Positions 46,401 through 54,559 of a stretch of 64,000 bases of DNA are shown piece after piece (within the stretch, counting starts at the first letter, position 1; the number at the start of each line of letters is the position of its first letter). The DNA comes from a virus. Its lineage: Duplodnaviria; Caudoviricetes. The position numbers and the translations under genes were made by a program. Location of the stretch: positions 44,968-108,967 of IMG/VR virus record IMGVR_UViG_2935054407_000001; one strand, given 5' to 3'. Below the pieces are notes generated by a model, which worked only from the letters and a program-made list of their open reading frames with translations, did not search any database and was not told where the DNA came from.

Positions 46401-46649
46401 GCCGGTGGCTGCCCTGGCGGTCGGCAGATAGGAGCCCTGGCGGGCCGGGAGGTAGGACTGCTGCTGGGCCTGGGTGGTGGGGTTGTAGCTGCCCTTGCCT
46501 GTACCTGCTGCGAAGCCGAATCCGCTGCCGGTGCGCGACATCACGGCCAGGACCTTCGCGAAGGTCTGCTGAACCTCCACCAGCGTCTTGGTGTTGTCCC
46601 GCAGATTCTTGGCGAGGTCGTTAGCCTCCAGCAGGTACGTCTCAGCCAT
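43410..46649 (-). CDS. Tape measure protein with NlpC/P60 and lytic transglycosylase domains
   Basis: Position after chaperone; GVPYSWGG...FDCSSLVQYAY...GDL...GHV; LWQRESGWN...AYGIPQALPGSKM...YIKSRY. Confidence 0.88.
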   Translation of the reverse strand: MAETYLLEANDLAKNLRDNTKTLVEVQQTFAKVLAVMSRTGSGFGFAAGTGKGSYNPTTQAQQQSYLPARQGSYLPTARAATGQQQSGSGYILGNVMAPGFKPPSYGTSYNNGGAAAAGGGGSSQPPNGGGGGGGGGGGYNNGGMPPAGSGGSGGGGMAATGGGGYNNGGVPPGSSGSSVPGNPFSSIPPTQRPTAQEVRLPSGIGSLAGFAWDFAAAYGDSKRGKMQEMHAYASRAARQMPAVAYGGDPNRRRDAIRQQTFGQDATSSYSFWSYNHQDAQNSNWMMGNLIGTRNFQGSPQAQQQWRDFTGLAAANPYASATSTANLEAYMRSPQAQRRSVQMGIGDTYAGGGKYKGTIDNLYGYLDSIYGPWGGEKIGMSEFMKSMKPGQLASASFENYTAGMDEEMKSNVRAQLDAIVTVSEHGLSQNDYKKALTDLTLDDAVDGNKAKISAAQEKLKKAGLADDTINTLKRSEAVTNAKDANTNENFMGGMKTATEHLTTFNKAFNNLFKTPFGKWLVSLTGYVSTVNPSVQNGLSIGGSIMDSIPGLSGAKSLLGGILAPGGTATEASSSAPLPPEAGSGKPGSKNSAKKESSSSPNVARGVIDAALSKVGVPYSWGGGNVKGPTLGTGRGAKTVGFDCSSLVQYAYWQGARIKIPRDTWSQMNDAKGRNVSAKEAQPGDLIYTSGGGHVKMLINRGAYVHAPQTGKNIQVVRTRNPFAGAIKIKSWLKGPRAGVSPTDVPSANVRDGQPQREEAGPRKNEVSAPSESGTEVIGDGSTSVQGTGSPSSGVANSLGSVEEVDAIKAFFGSRGTGSSDIEKAQNELAIKEARDDPSTLTEAKKVGVKEGSDVKIPSVPKGSGTAESNKKIGKKMAAELGWTGKQWRALEALWQRESGWNHKADNPTSDAYGIPQALPGSKMASAGKDWATNPATQIEWGLGYIKSRYKTPAKALDFWQRAVPIGGRKVGHWYEQGAWEIPEDGHQAVLHKGEMVVPRRPAERIRDALLKEAVAPNSLSDRVAGGGGGGGGLTFNFGPGSIQLTVGAGANVALARQTASEVFSELERLQRTKRISKGR

Positions 46650-46806
46650 TGGCCCTTTGCCTCTCCAGGCGCCATCTGGCGAGCGCCACGTAATATCTGC
46701 GTTCGCGCACAGTCAGAGCACGCGCGTCACCGACGGACCACCCGTAGGTGAGAACGAGGTCGGAGTCGGTATCCACGACGCGCCGGTAATCGCTAGTTCC
46801 AGCGAA
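46642..46806 (-). CDS. Tail assembly chaperone C-terminal extension (+1 frame)
   Basis: YGWSVGDARALTVRERRYY motif typical of the chaperone second half; no good RBS/start of its own. Confidence 0.6.
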   Translation of the reverse strand, partial: FAGTSDYRRVVDTDSDLVLTYGWSVGDARALTVRERRYYVALARWRLERQRANG

Positions 46807-47650
46807 ACAGGGCAGACAGGGTGACCTGCACCTTCTGCTCATGCGCGCAGCTTGCGCACGTGATGGGCACGCCGTCCTCGTCCGGGCCGACGCGGCGCTT
46901 GCGCAGCTCCTCCAGGAGGGTGGCGCGATCCGCCAGGCCCAGATCACGCATCGCGACCTCGGCATCCATCTGGCCAGCGACCGGGCGCGTGGCGCCCGAC
47001 GGGCCGCGCAGGGAGATGACCGTGCGGGCCAGGAGCAGCGTGTCAGCCTCAGCGATCGTCAGGTTCCCCGCGCGGGCGGCGTGGACGACCGCGTTCTGAT
47101 CCACGCCCCGCGTCAGGCGCACCCTCGCGACGACGCCGCGCTTCAAGGTGACCTCGAACTCCGTGGCGCCGGGGACGGGACTCTTGGTGATGGGGATCTC
47201 ATCGAGGCCGACGGTCGCGCCGAGCTTTTGCCCGCAGCCGCCGCAGGTCAGCTCGTAATCGATGCTCTCGCCGTAGGTGGCTCGCCGGATGCCGAGCAGC
47301 AGCATGTCACGGTCGCCCACCACGAGCTGGCCGAGGAGATCGGGGGTGGCGGGCCGGTCACCGATGGCCACGGTACCGCGCTCCAGGAGAGTCGTCAGGA
47401 ACGCCTCCGGAGCAGACGAAAGCGCCGCCCGGGAGATGGCCTCCTCGTCGGCGCCGGTCAGCTCACGCACCCGAGCCAGAGTGATCACCTGGCCGTCCAG
47501 CGTCAGGCCGCACGCCAGCTCGACGACATCGTCTGTGGGTACGTCCGGCTGCGGGAGGGGGTTCATGTCCTCCAGGACGCGCTGCATGTCGGCAGCAGCC
47601 GCAAGGTCCGTGGCCGGGTTCCGATAGGTGATGTCCGAGTGCGTTTCCAA
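46793..47650 (-). CDS. Tail assembly chaperone / baseplate hub assembly protein
   Basis: VRELTGADEE, GDRD.LLL.IRR.TYG, two CxxC, ends LFRWN; between tube and tape measure. Confidence 0.8.
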   Translation of the reverse strand: METHSDITYRNPATDLAAAADMQRVLEDMNPLPQPDVPTDDVVELACGLTLDGQVITLARVRELTGADEEAISRAALSSAPEAFLTTLLERGTVAIGDRPATPDLLGQLVVGDRDMLLLGIRRATYGESIDYELTCGGCGQKLGATVGLDEIPITKSPVPGATEFEVTLKRGVVARVRLTRGVDQNAVVHAARAGNLTIAEADTLLLARTVISLRGPSGATRPVAGQMDAEVAMRDLGLADRATLLEELRKRRVGPDEDGVPITCASCAHEQKVQVTLSALFRWN

Positions 47651-47692
47651 GGCGGTAATTCTCCTTAATATGCGACGGGCTCGTCTTACATA

Positions 47693-47724
47693 ACGTTAGG
47701 AGAATTACCGCCTCAGATATTAAC
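47693..47724 (-). promoter_or_regulatory. Putative late promoter P5 (GTTAAT-N20-TAACGT) inside a 16-bp RBS-masking inverted repeat
   Basis: Perfect IR 47650-47665 / 47698-47713 covering the AGGAG RBS up to the TTG start. Confidence 0.75.
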
Positions 47725-47725
47725 G

Positions 47726-48322
47726 TCAGCCCGCAGAGGAGAACTCCTGGGCGGTTCCGGTGGCCGACTTCGGCGCGATCGTGAATCCAAACCCTTCGTG
47801 AACCAACGTCATCTGGTTGACGATGATCTGATTTGCTCCGGCGTCAAGGTCGGAAAAGCTAGCCGTCGTAGGCCACGCGTTGTAGAGCTTGAACCGGGCG
47901 CGGACATCGCCGTCGCCTTCCATGACCGGGTGGTTGAGAACCTGGATTTCCACGTCCACCCGGAAATCGTATCCCTGCGTCGCCTGCGGCGTTCCGAGCC
48001 CCATGTCACCGCCGGATGAGACGGCCATGACGGTGCGCATCCAGCGCATCATGAAGCTACCCTCGTCGCCGACGATCAGGCCCTTGGAAAGGGTCACCGG
48101 CTGGAAATCCGTCTGGCCAGGGAGCTTATGCGGCGAAGTGGAATACCCACCCTCTCGGTAGGGAATTACATCGGTATTTACGGAAAGTCCGGAGACGGAC
48201 ATGAAGCCCATCTGCGTGGGCGGCTCGATACCGGCAGTGCCATTCGCACCACCCCGCGAAAACGCCACCTTGAACTTGAAGTTCCGCAGCGGATCAGACG
48301 TCAGAAGGTGTCCAGTAGGCAT
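47726..48322 (-). CDS. Tail tube protein (T4 gp19-like)
   Basis: DPLRNFKF, GFMSVSGL, YREGG, KLPGQT, LSKG, NAWP, LVHEG. Confidence 0.93.
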   Translation of the reverse strand: MPTGHLLTSDPLRNFKFKVAFSRGGANGTAGIEPPTQMGFMSVSGLSVNTDVIPYREGGYSTSPHKLPGQTDFQPVTLSKGLIVGDEGSFMMRWMRTVMAVSSGGDMGLGTPQATQGYDFRVDVEIQVLNHPVMEGDGDVRARFKLYNAWPTTASFSDLDAGANQIIVNQMTLVHEGFGFTIAPKSATGTAQEFSSAG

Positions 48323-48340
48323 TTCTCACAGACCTCTCTC

Positions 48341-49885
48341 TTAGAAGTTCTCTTCGGTCGAGGTCTGTCCATCCCACTGACCGACCTTAATGACGATAAA
48401 TTCGGCCGGATACCGCAACGCGACACGGACATCGACATTTACACGACCCGCGTTGATGGTCTGCGGCGTGTTATTCGTGTCCGAGCAGATGGTGTTGAAA
48501 GCCTCGCTCTCGTTGCGTCCCGCGAGAATTCCCTGCCGAAGCTGAGCCAGCAGATAACGGTCCACTGTCATCTTGATGACCTGCCACAGGTCCGGGCCGT
48601 TCGGCTCGAACACGGCGAATTTCGTGATGTCGCCGAGCTGCTTTCGCAGCATGATGAGCGTGCGCCGGACGGGCACATACCGGTCGGGAAGCTCGCGCTT
48701 CAACGTCCGCGAACCCATGATGCAGATGCCATTTCCGGGCACCAGCCGGATGACATTGATGTGGTTGTCCGCGAGGTCGTCCAGTTCAGCGGGAGTGAAC
48801 TTGCACTCAGCCGCGAGAACACCATCGAGCCGCGTTTCCGTACCGGCCGGGGCCTTGGCCACATGCCGCACCGAGTCATTGCGCGCGAAACGCCCGAGAA
48901 CCGCACCACCCGGCGGCAGCAGCCTGACCGCGCCGTACATGTTCGTGGCCGGGTCATTGGCCATCAGCCACGGACCGTAGACGGCGCCGTACGACGTCGC
49001 CCGGTACGGGTCCGAGCCGAGCACCAGGCCCGTGTAACCGGCGGCGATCTGCGTGGACGTCGAGCCCTCAGTACCTCGCGGGCCGTCGATGACGACGAAC
49101 ACCTTGCCGGTGCTCTCCGCCCACTCCAGGACCGGGTTGATGATGGAGTCGCTGACGACGGCCGGGATGTTGAGGTCGATGTTGTCGTCCAGGTCACCCA
49201 GCTTCTTCGCCGCCGTGACCATGTCATACGGTGCGACGCCGTCATTTCCGGTACCCAGGGTTCCGTCCTGGGCGGGGATGACATCGTTGGTCGCGCTGTA
49301 GGTGTAGGTCTCGGTGATCTTGACGTTCGTCAACCGCAGCACGAGCGAACCAGCCCACGTGCTATTGACGATGTTCACCGCATAGCGGCTGTCGTCGGGG
49401 TTCGAGGACAGGTCTTCGAACCGCTCGACCTCTCGCCCGGAATCGCGGACGATCAGCGTGAACCGGCCAGCAGGCGCACCCGTCGGCACCACGTGCACCG
49501 ACAGCGAGTTACCGCCGATTCCCGGCGAAAGCGCCGTGACCTTCAGCGCGTCCTTCGGACCGTTGTTCGGCGCACCGGACGGCGTCGAATCCTTCAGCGT
49601 CACCGTGGCGTACGTCGCGTCAGAACGCGTCGAGCGCACGATGTAGCACTGGCCGCCACCGTTCTTGTAGAACAGGTAGACGGCGTACGGCAGATAACTG
49701 CCGGAGATGAATCCACCGAAAAGGTTCACGAACTGCGCCCACGACTTGATCTTCGTCGGAAGCGCCGGACCCTTCTCCGTGATCCCGACGAATGCCGCCA
49801 CAGCCCGCGCGTCACCATAGCCATTGGCACCGCGAGGAGACAGATCCTCCTCGATGTATACACCTGGGGTTAGGTACTCGGCCAC
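48341..49885 (-). CDS. Tail sheath protein
   Basis: YLTPGVYIEE, AAFVG.TEKGP, F..NGG, KAPAG, GSRTL, YVPVRR, FAVFEPN, PAEFIVI. Confidence 0.95.
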   Translation of the reverse strand: MAEYLTPGVYIEEDLSPRGANGYGDARAVAAFVGITEKGPALPTKIKSWAQFVNLFGGFISGSYLPYAVYLFYKNGGGQCYIVRSTRSDATYATVTLKDSTPSGAPNNGPKDALKVTALSPGIGGNSLSVHVVPTGAPAGRFTLIVRDSGREVERFEDLSSNPDDSRYAVNIVNSTWAGSLVLRLTNVKITETYTYSATNDVIPAQDGTLGTGNDGVAPYDMVTAAKKLGDLDDNIDLNIPAVVSDSIINPVLEWAESTGKVFVVIDGPRGTEGSTSTQIAAGYTGLVLGSDPYRATSYGAVYGPWLMANDPATNMYGAVRLLPPGGAVLGRFARNDSVRHVAKAPAGTETRLDGVLAAECKFTPAELDDLADNHINVIRLVPGNGICIMGSRTLKRELPDRYVPVRRTLIMLRKQLGDITKFAVFEPNGPDLWQVIKMTVDRYLLAQLRQGILAGRNESEAFNTICSDTNNTPQTINAGRVNVDVRVALRYPAEFIVIKVGQWDGQTSTEENF

Positions 49886-49896
49886 TGAACTCCTCT

Positions 49897-50532
49897 TTAG
49901 TCCTCTTCGGCTTCGTAGACGAAGTCGAAGTGCTCTGTCTCTTTGTCGTCGCGCAGGGGCCGAAGTGTCCCGGCGACTCGATCGGGGAAGGTGAGCCGTT
50001 CAATGTCCCAGGGCGTCATCTCAGAGGCGACGCGGACCAGATAGTAGGTCTCGAAAATGCGCTTGTTGTCGGCGTCCAGACGGGATGAATATGTCGGCCC
50101 CGCCTGAACGTCCATGGACACGTGCACCCCGATTTCCGGGATGTGCAGTGCGCCACCGCGATGCGGGATCCGCGCTTCCCTCCCCAGCTCGACCGTCAGG
50201 AGTGTCTGGTGCTCCTGCGCGCGAGTGAAGACCGACACCTGGTAGTCGATGTCGAAAGGGATCGGAAATCCCGCGTAGTAACCCCAGCGTGCACCGTCAG
50301 GAACCGGGTCCTTACCTTCGGGCGTGTAAGGAATGCGGACACGGCCTCGGTGCTCGCGTTCGAAAGCCTGATAGACGCCTGTCCGGGTGAGAACCAGGAT
50401 GGGGTACGTCATGTCAGCGGCTTCGGGTTCGGGCTGCGAGAAACGCACAGGAACGGGCTCCGTGAGACCAGGAAGACTGATCCCAGAAAGCCTCGTCTTT
50501 ATCGCGCGATCCTCGCGAAGCACCCACGGCAT
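49897..50532 (-). CDS. Tail terminator / completion protein
   Basis: Position before sheath; YP.L, P.PFDIDYQV. Confidence 0.65.
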   Translation of the reverse strand: MPWVLREDRAIKTRLSGISLPGLTEPVPVRFSQPEPEAADMTYPILVLTRTGVYQAFEREHRGRVRIPYTPEGKDPVPDGARWGYYAGFPIPFDIDYQVSVFTRAQEHQTLLTVELGREARIPHRGGALHIPEIGVHVSMDVQAGPTYSSRLDADNKRIFETYYLVRVASEMTPWDIERLTFPDRVAGTLRPLRDDKETEHFDFVYEAEED

Positions 50533-50617
50533 GACTGGTTACTCGCCCCAGCCAATCGCGCCCTCGTCCTCGTCCTCATCCACAATGCACACCCTTAATA
50601 GAAACGACTACACATTC

Positions 50618-50649
50618 AGAGTAAGGGCGGAAACACAAACGTTTATAAA
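50618..50649 (-). promoter_or_regulatory. Putative late promoter P6 (TTTATA-N20-TACTCT)
   Basis: Shared motif in AT-rich intergenic region; GCCCTTA can pair with TAAGGGT. Confidence 0.6.
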
Positions 50650-50659
50650 ATGGAATCCG

Positions 50660-51202
50660 TCACGGATTCTGCGGCAATTCCGGCTGGCGCTCCGTCAAGT
50701 ACCACTTCGAGAACTGCGCATCCCCTCGAAGGTCTTCGGGCTTGAGCTGAACGGCATCGATGCCCGCGACGAGATCACGCCTGCGGATCTGGCCAAGCAC
50801 GGAAATGCGGGAGACGCGGTAGACGCGGTCGTCATAGACCAGCCGGTCCCTGACGTACTGGCCATGCGTGACGTCCATGGCCGCCAGGCCCGCCAGCTCC
50901 AGGCCCGCGATCGGCACCGTCACGTGCAGGCTGTCGGTCCAGTACAGGCCGCCCGGCATGCGGTCGGGCGTGCCCTCCTCACGGATCAGGCGAATCACCG
51001 GGATCCGGATCGGGCCGTGGAAGACCCTGCCGCCGGACGCGGGCTCGTCATAGACATCGTGGTAGGCCGATTCCTGGCTGCTGTAGCGGTAGTACTCCGC
51101 CCAGTCGCCCCACACGTCCTGGTGATCCACCATCGAGTCATCAGCCAGAGCGGCTTCGTAGGTGGCGTCGAAGCGCCCGCGTTTCCTATCGAGTCGAGAC
51201 AT
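50660..51202 (-). CDS. Head closure / stopper-like protein
   Basis: Beta-rich, DRLVYDDRVYRV; TGATG-coupled ATG at 51202. Confidence 0.65.
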   Translation of the reverse strand: MSRLDRKRGRFDATYEAALADDSMVDHQDVWGDWAEYYRYSSQESAYHDVYDEPASGGRVFHGPIRIPVIRLIREEGTPDRMPGGLYWTDSLHVTVPIAGLELAGLAAMDVTHGQYVRDRLVYDDRVYRVSRISVLGQIRRRDLVAGIDAVQLKPEDLRGDAQFSKWYLTERQPELPQNP

Positions 51203-52014
51203 CAGTAACCAAAACCGCCCCACACCGGCGACGGGATGCCGGACTCGTCCTGGTCGGGGATGTCGCGGTCGGGAAGCTGGCGGATCGGCGGGCCGTACTC
51301 GTCGTACTCGCGGGCCGCGAAAACGGGGATGTAGCGGCCGGTCATGTAGGAGACGCGCCGCAGCGTGCCCTGCTCGATCCGGTACAGGCCAACGTTGAGC
51401 TGCTGACAGAGCTTCTTGTAGCGGTCGGTCAGCAGATCGATCATGCGCATGATCTGGTCGAATCGCTGGCCACGCGGCAGGTGCGTGCCCTCGGCCGTGG
51501 AGATATCGGTGTCACTGGAGGCATCGGTGAGCATCGTCCACAGCGCCTCGATCGTCGCCAGGATCGCCACGGCGTCGATCTCGACCTCAGGCAGGTTCGA
51601 CAAGGTCTTGGCCACCCGCAAGATCCGGATGAAGCCCGTGGTCTCCTCGCGGTAGCGCGTCTGGAGCGTCTGGCCGTGGCAGTGCTGGCGGGCCGCCGTC
51701 TGCACGAAGCGCGTGATCTCGGCGTCGGAGAACATCGCGTACGCCGTGCCGCTGACGAGCAGCTTGTCCCCCACCGGCACCGGCTCGGCCAGACTCAGCA
51801 GGCCGGTCCGCAGGTCGAGCATCACCAGCTCCGGATCCACCGGAGTGGACACGCCGCCGGACAGGATCCGCACGCTGACGGATGAGCCATCGATGTTGCG
51901 GACACCGGTCTCGTAGGAGTCGTGTCCGCCGTCAAAAGACTTGAGAAAGCCTGCGCCCAGGTCGCCGAGTTCAGTCCGTACCCGAGCGATGACATCAGCA
52001 GTAGTAGTGGGCAC
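51202..52014 (-). CDS. Head-tail adaptor protein
   Basis: ARVRTELGD...FSDAEI motif typical of adaptors. Confidence 0.7.
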   Translation of the reverse strand: MPTTTADVIARVRTELGDLGAGFLKSFDGGHDSYETGVRNIDGSSVSVRILSGGVSTPVDPELVMLDLRTGLLSLAEPVPVGDKLLVSGTAYAMFSDAEITRFVQTAARQHCHGQTLQTRYREETTGFIRILRVAKTLSNLPEVEIDAVAILATIEALWTMLTDASSDTDISTAEGTHLPRGQRFDQIMRMIDLLTDRYKKLCQQLNVGLYRIEQGTLRRVSYMTGRYIPVFAAREYDEYGPPIRQLPDRDIPDQDESGIPSPVWGGFGY

Positions 52015-52020
52015 GTTCCT

Positions 52021-52052
52021 ATTCTCAGCTCTGCCCGATTTTGTTTGTTAAT
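52021..52052 (-). promoter_or_regulatory. Putative late promoter P7 (ATTAAC-N20-GAGAAT), leaderless start
   Basis: GTG start 6 nt after the -10, same geometry as P1; abuts a terminator. Confidence 0.55.
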
Positions 52053-52086
52053 GACAAAAGCCCCCGAAAATCGGGGGCTTTTGTCA
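52052..52086. terminator. Bidirectional intrinsic terminator
   Basis: 16-bp perfect IR TGACAAAAGCCCCCGA / TCGGGGGCTTTTGTCA. Confidence 0.85.
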
Positions 52087-52093
52087 ATCGGTC

Positions 52094-52513
52094 TCAGGAC
52101 TCGCTGATGGAGAGCTTCGACACCGCGATCTGGAGAGCCTGGCCATTGACCGGCTGCTGCGGAGAGTCGAGCTGCCACTTGTAGAGAACCTTGCCCGTGG
52201 TACCTACCGGAACGGTAACCAGGACCGCGTGGGTAATCGGCACCGTCACATCCTGGGTGACCGGACCGAAGGTGATGATGCCGCTGTTGGAGATGATGCT
52301 CGGCCGGGCCAGCGTCGCATCCGTCCACGCAACGAGCTGCCGCGAATAGCCGGGCGTGGTCAGCTCCGGAAGTGACGTCATCTCGACGTTGTCAGCCACA
52401 TTGGCGGTCAGCAGAGCAAGGTAGGTCTGGAAGGTAGCGCTGTACTCCAGGTTCTTGCCGACGTAATAGTTGAGCTTGGTCCGCGCACCGTGCGCGGTCG
52501 GGTTACCTGGCAT
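52094..52513 (-). CDS. Virion structural protein (fibre/decoration-like)
   Basis: YLALLT, GYSRQ...W, N...ITF, ITH..L pattern; ATG at 52513. Confidence 0.65.
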   Translation of the reverse strand: MPGNPTAHGARTKLNYYVGKNLEYSATFQTYLALLTANVADNVEMTSLPELTTPGYSRQLVAWTDATLARPSIISNSGIITFGPVTQDVTVPITHAVLVTVPVGTTGKVLYKWQLDSPQQPVNGQALQIAVSKLSISES

Positions 52514-52764
52514 TACGACACCTTCCGGAACATGATGATGAAATCGGGAACCGCGAGGGCGAGGAATCGCGTGTTCCCGTCCAGGCCCGTGTGCTGGCAA
52601 ACGGCGGAGTCGTGCTCCGAATAGCCGATGCCGGGAGTGCCAGGCGGATAGATACCGAGGACCGTGACCTCAGCACCGGCCAGCAGCATTCCGGGGCCAA
52701 CGCCCCAGTCGTCAATGAGCTGCCAGGACTCGCCCTCAGCGGGGATGTCGTTGGGATCGCTCAT
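52513..52764 (-). CDS. Hypothetical protein
   Basis: Coupled ORF. Confidence 0.7.
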   Translation of the reverse strand: MSDPNDIPAEGESWQLIDDWGVGPGMLLAGAEVTVLGIYPPGTPGIGYSEHDSAVCQHTGLDGNTRFLALAVPDFIIMFRKVS

Positions 52765-53139
52765 CTAATGCCACACCAGGTTCTTCTGCTCCAGCACCAG
52801 GGCGACGTGCGACGGGACCTTGTAGACGACGCCGCGCTTGAAGTCGTAGGAGGTGCCAGCACCAACGGTCATCTGGTCGATATCCGTGTTCACCCGAATT
52901 CGCCGGAAGGACTCGCCCGTGGCAGAGCCGATCTGGATCTCACCCGCGTCCTCCGAGACCGGCTCGGCAGGCTTGGTGTAGTCCACCTCAGGCTGCTCAT
53001 CGCCCCAGGCCGGAACAGTGCCGGTGATGGTCGAGAGCTGACCAGCGCGGGCCGCCAGCTCGTCAGCGTGCTTCTCCGCGAGTTCCTCAGCGATACGCCC
53101 AGTAACGTCCTGCGGATTCTTTCTCGGACGTCCAGCCAC
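52765..53139 (-). CDS. Hypothetical virion-associated protein
   Basis: GGAG RBS; follows promoter P8. Confidence 0.8.
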   Translation of the reverse strand: MAGRPRKNPQDVTGRIAEELAEKHADELAARAGQLSTITGTVPAWGDEQPEVDYTKPAEPVSEDAGEIQIGSATGESFRRIRVNTDIDQMTVGAGTSYDFKRGVVYKVPSHVALVLEQKNLVWH

Positions 53140-53175
53140 AGTTTCTCCATACGTGATCGACGACTAGTCACATCA

Positions 53176-53207
53176 AGTTTGGAGTTCGCCCCGGAAAAAA
53201 TGTTAAT
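53176..53207 (-). promoter_or_regulatory. Putative late promoter P8 (ATTAAC-N20-CAAACT)
   Basis: Shared motif; CTCCA can pair with the TGGAG RBS. Confidence 0.55.
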
Positions 53208-53259
53208 GTCCGGTTCGGCTTCACCCGCGTTTCCCTGGTACACGATTTGAGTAATGAGA

Positions 53260-53288
53260 TTGACGTCAAGCATCAATGAGTGTACCTT
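53260..53288 (+). promoter_or_regulatory. Housekeeping sigma-type promoter TTGACG-N17-TACCTT with palindrome TTGACGTCAA; leaderless ATG at 53296
   Basis: Canonical -35/-10 spacing; ATG 7 nt after the -10. Confidence 0.65.
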
Positions 53289-53295
53289 CGTCTAC

Positions 53296-53889
53296 ATGAG
53301 GTACCCGGACGGGCACGAGTGCCCGACTTGCCACGCGATGAAGACGGAATTTCGGGGAGACGACTGCCAAGCCTGCTACCGCGCAAAGAAGCGACGCGAA
53401 GAAGGCGTGAAGGAACGGACTCCGAATCCTCCAATGAGCGCTGACGTTCTGGCCGCGAACACGCGAAGAGTTCGCGATGGTAGAGAATTCCGGGGAAAGA
53501 CCTGCCTCATCTGGACCGGCTCAGCAGACAGCAAGGGCGCCCCGCGCTACTGGGACTCCTCGGTATATGAAGAAGGGGCGCGGAACAGCGGGCACATCAA
53601 CGTCCGCCGTTGGGTCGTCGCTCAGGTTTGCGACCTGGCAGACGATGAGGTCGCCGTGGTGATGTGTGGCAACAGCTTGTGCCTCGAACGGGACCACTTG
53701 CAGCGGCTCACCAAGGCCCAGGCCGCCAACCGTCGCAACGTCAAGCGCCGCAAGGAATACGCGGCCGAAGAGATCGTCGAAGCGATCCGCGCCATCATCC
53801 CGCCGAATTACACCGAAAACGCGGGCGACATCATGAAGATCCACGAAATCCTGTGGGGCACCCCCCACCCTGACAAGGAGAACCAGTGA
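53296..53889 (+). CDS. Zn-finger plus degenerate HNH (His-Me finger) protein
   Basis: CPTC...CQAC; CLIWTG; VMCGNSLCLERDHL lacking the catalytic H and N. Confidence 0.7.
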   Translation: MRYPDGHECPTCHAMKTEFRGDDCQACYRAKKRREEGVKERTPNPPMSADVLAANTRRVRDGREFRGKTCLIWTGSADSKGAPRYWDSSVYEEGARNSGHINVRRWVVAQVCDLADDEVAVVMCGNSLCLERDHLQRLTKAQAANRRNVKRRKEYAAEEIVEAIRAIIPPNYTENAGDIMKIHEILWGTPHPDKENQ

Positions 53890-54290
53890 AGCTCTTCGTC
53901 AACAGCCAAACGTTCATGCCGCGAACGTGGTCCAAGGCCATCGGCCAGCATCACGTACACAACAGCGCGCATCTGGTGGTCATCGCAGCGCGCAAGAGTG
54001 ACGGCGGAGCCATGTTCGTCGAGCGCGGCCAGTACGCGCACTTGATGGCCGAGACGAAGCTCGTCAGCCGTAACAGACCGTTCAGCACGGACCTCAAGCT
54101 CCTCACCGAAGCCGGTGTGATCGACCTGGAGACGCCTTCCGTCTTCATCTACAACCGGGGCGTGAAGGACGATCCGGTGTTCCGCGTTGAGCCTGACGGC
54201 AAACTCGTCCTCGTTGCACACTTCCGCTACGAAGGCAAGGTGGACGGACGCGGTATGTGGATCGAACTGGTGGAGAAGGAGGATCAGTGA
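53886..54290 (+). CDS. Hypothetical protein
   Basis: AAGGAG RBS, GTGA overlap. Confidence 0.8.
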   Translation: MKLFVNSQTFMPRTWSKAIGQHHVHNSAHLVVIAARKSDGGAMFVERGQYAHLMAETKLVSRNRPFSTDLKLLTEAGVIDLETPSVFIYNRGVKDDPVFRVEPDGKLVLVAHFRYEGKVDGRGMWIELVEKEDQ

Positions 54291-54559
54291 AGCACCCTAC
54301 GGTCCACGTGAACGGCCGGGAGTACGAGGTCGTCGAAGCGAGCCAGTCCGTGAAGGACGCCACCGACGGCGCAGCCGAATGGGTCCTGCGGCCGACCGCG
54401 CGACAGCAAGCGCTGGACCGCTTGAACGCTTTCCTGGACGCCCGGCCGAAGCAGGCACGCGGCCTCCACGCCAACGCCATGGCTACCGTACGTACCGCTG
54501 CTGGGGACTTCGACCTTCTCCGGACTGACCTGGAGCTGCTCTTGGGCAGGCAGGTGTGA
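54287..54559 (+). CDS. Hypothetical protein (MKHPTVHV...)
   Basis: AGGAGG RBS, GTGA overlap. Confidence 0.75.
   Translation: MKHPTVHVNGREYEVVEASQSVKDATDGAAEWVLRPTARQQALDRLNAFLDARPKQARGLHANAMATVRTAAGDFDLLRTDLELLLGRQV

Noticed and set aside
48328-48368. 9-bp IR covering the tail tube RBS
   Set aside because: No late-promoter motif inside; the 5' arm lies in the sheath coding end, consistent with ordinary translational coupling
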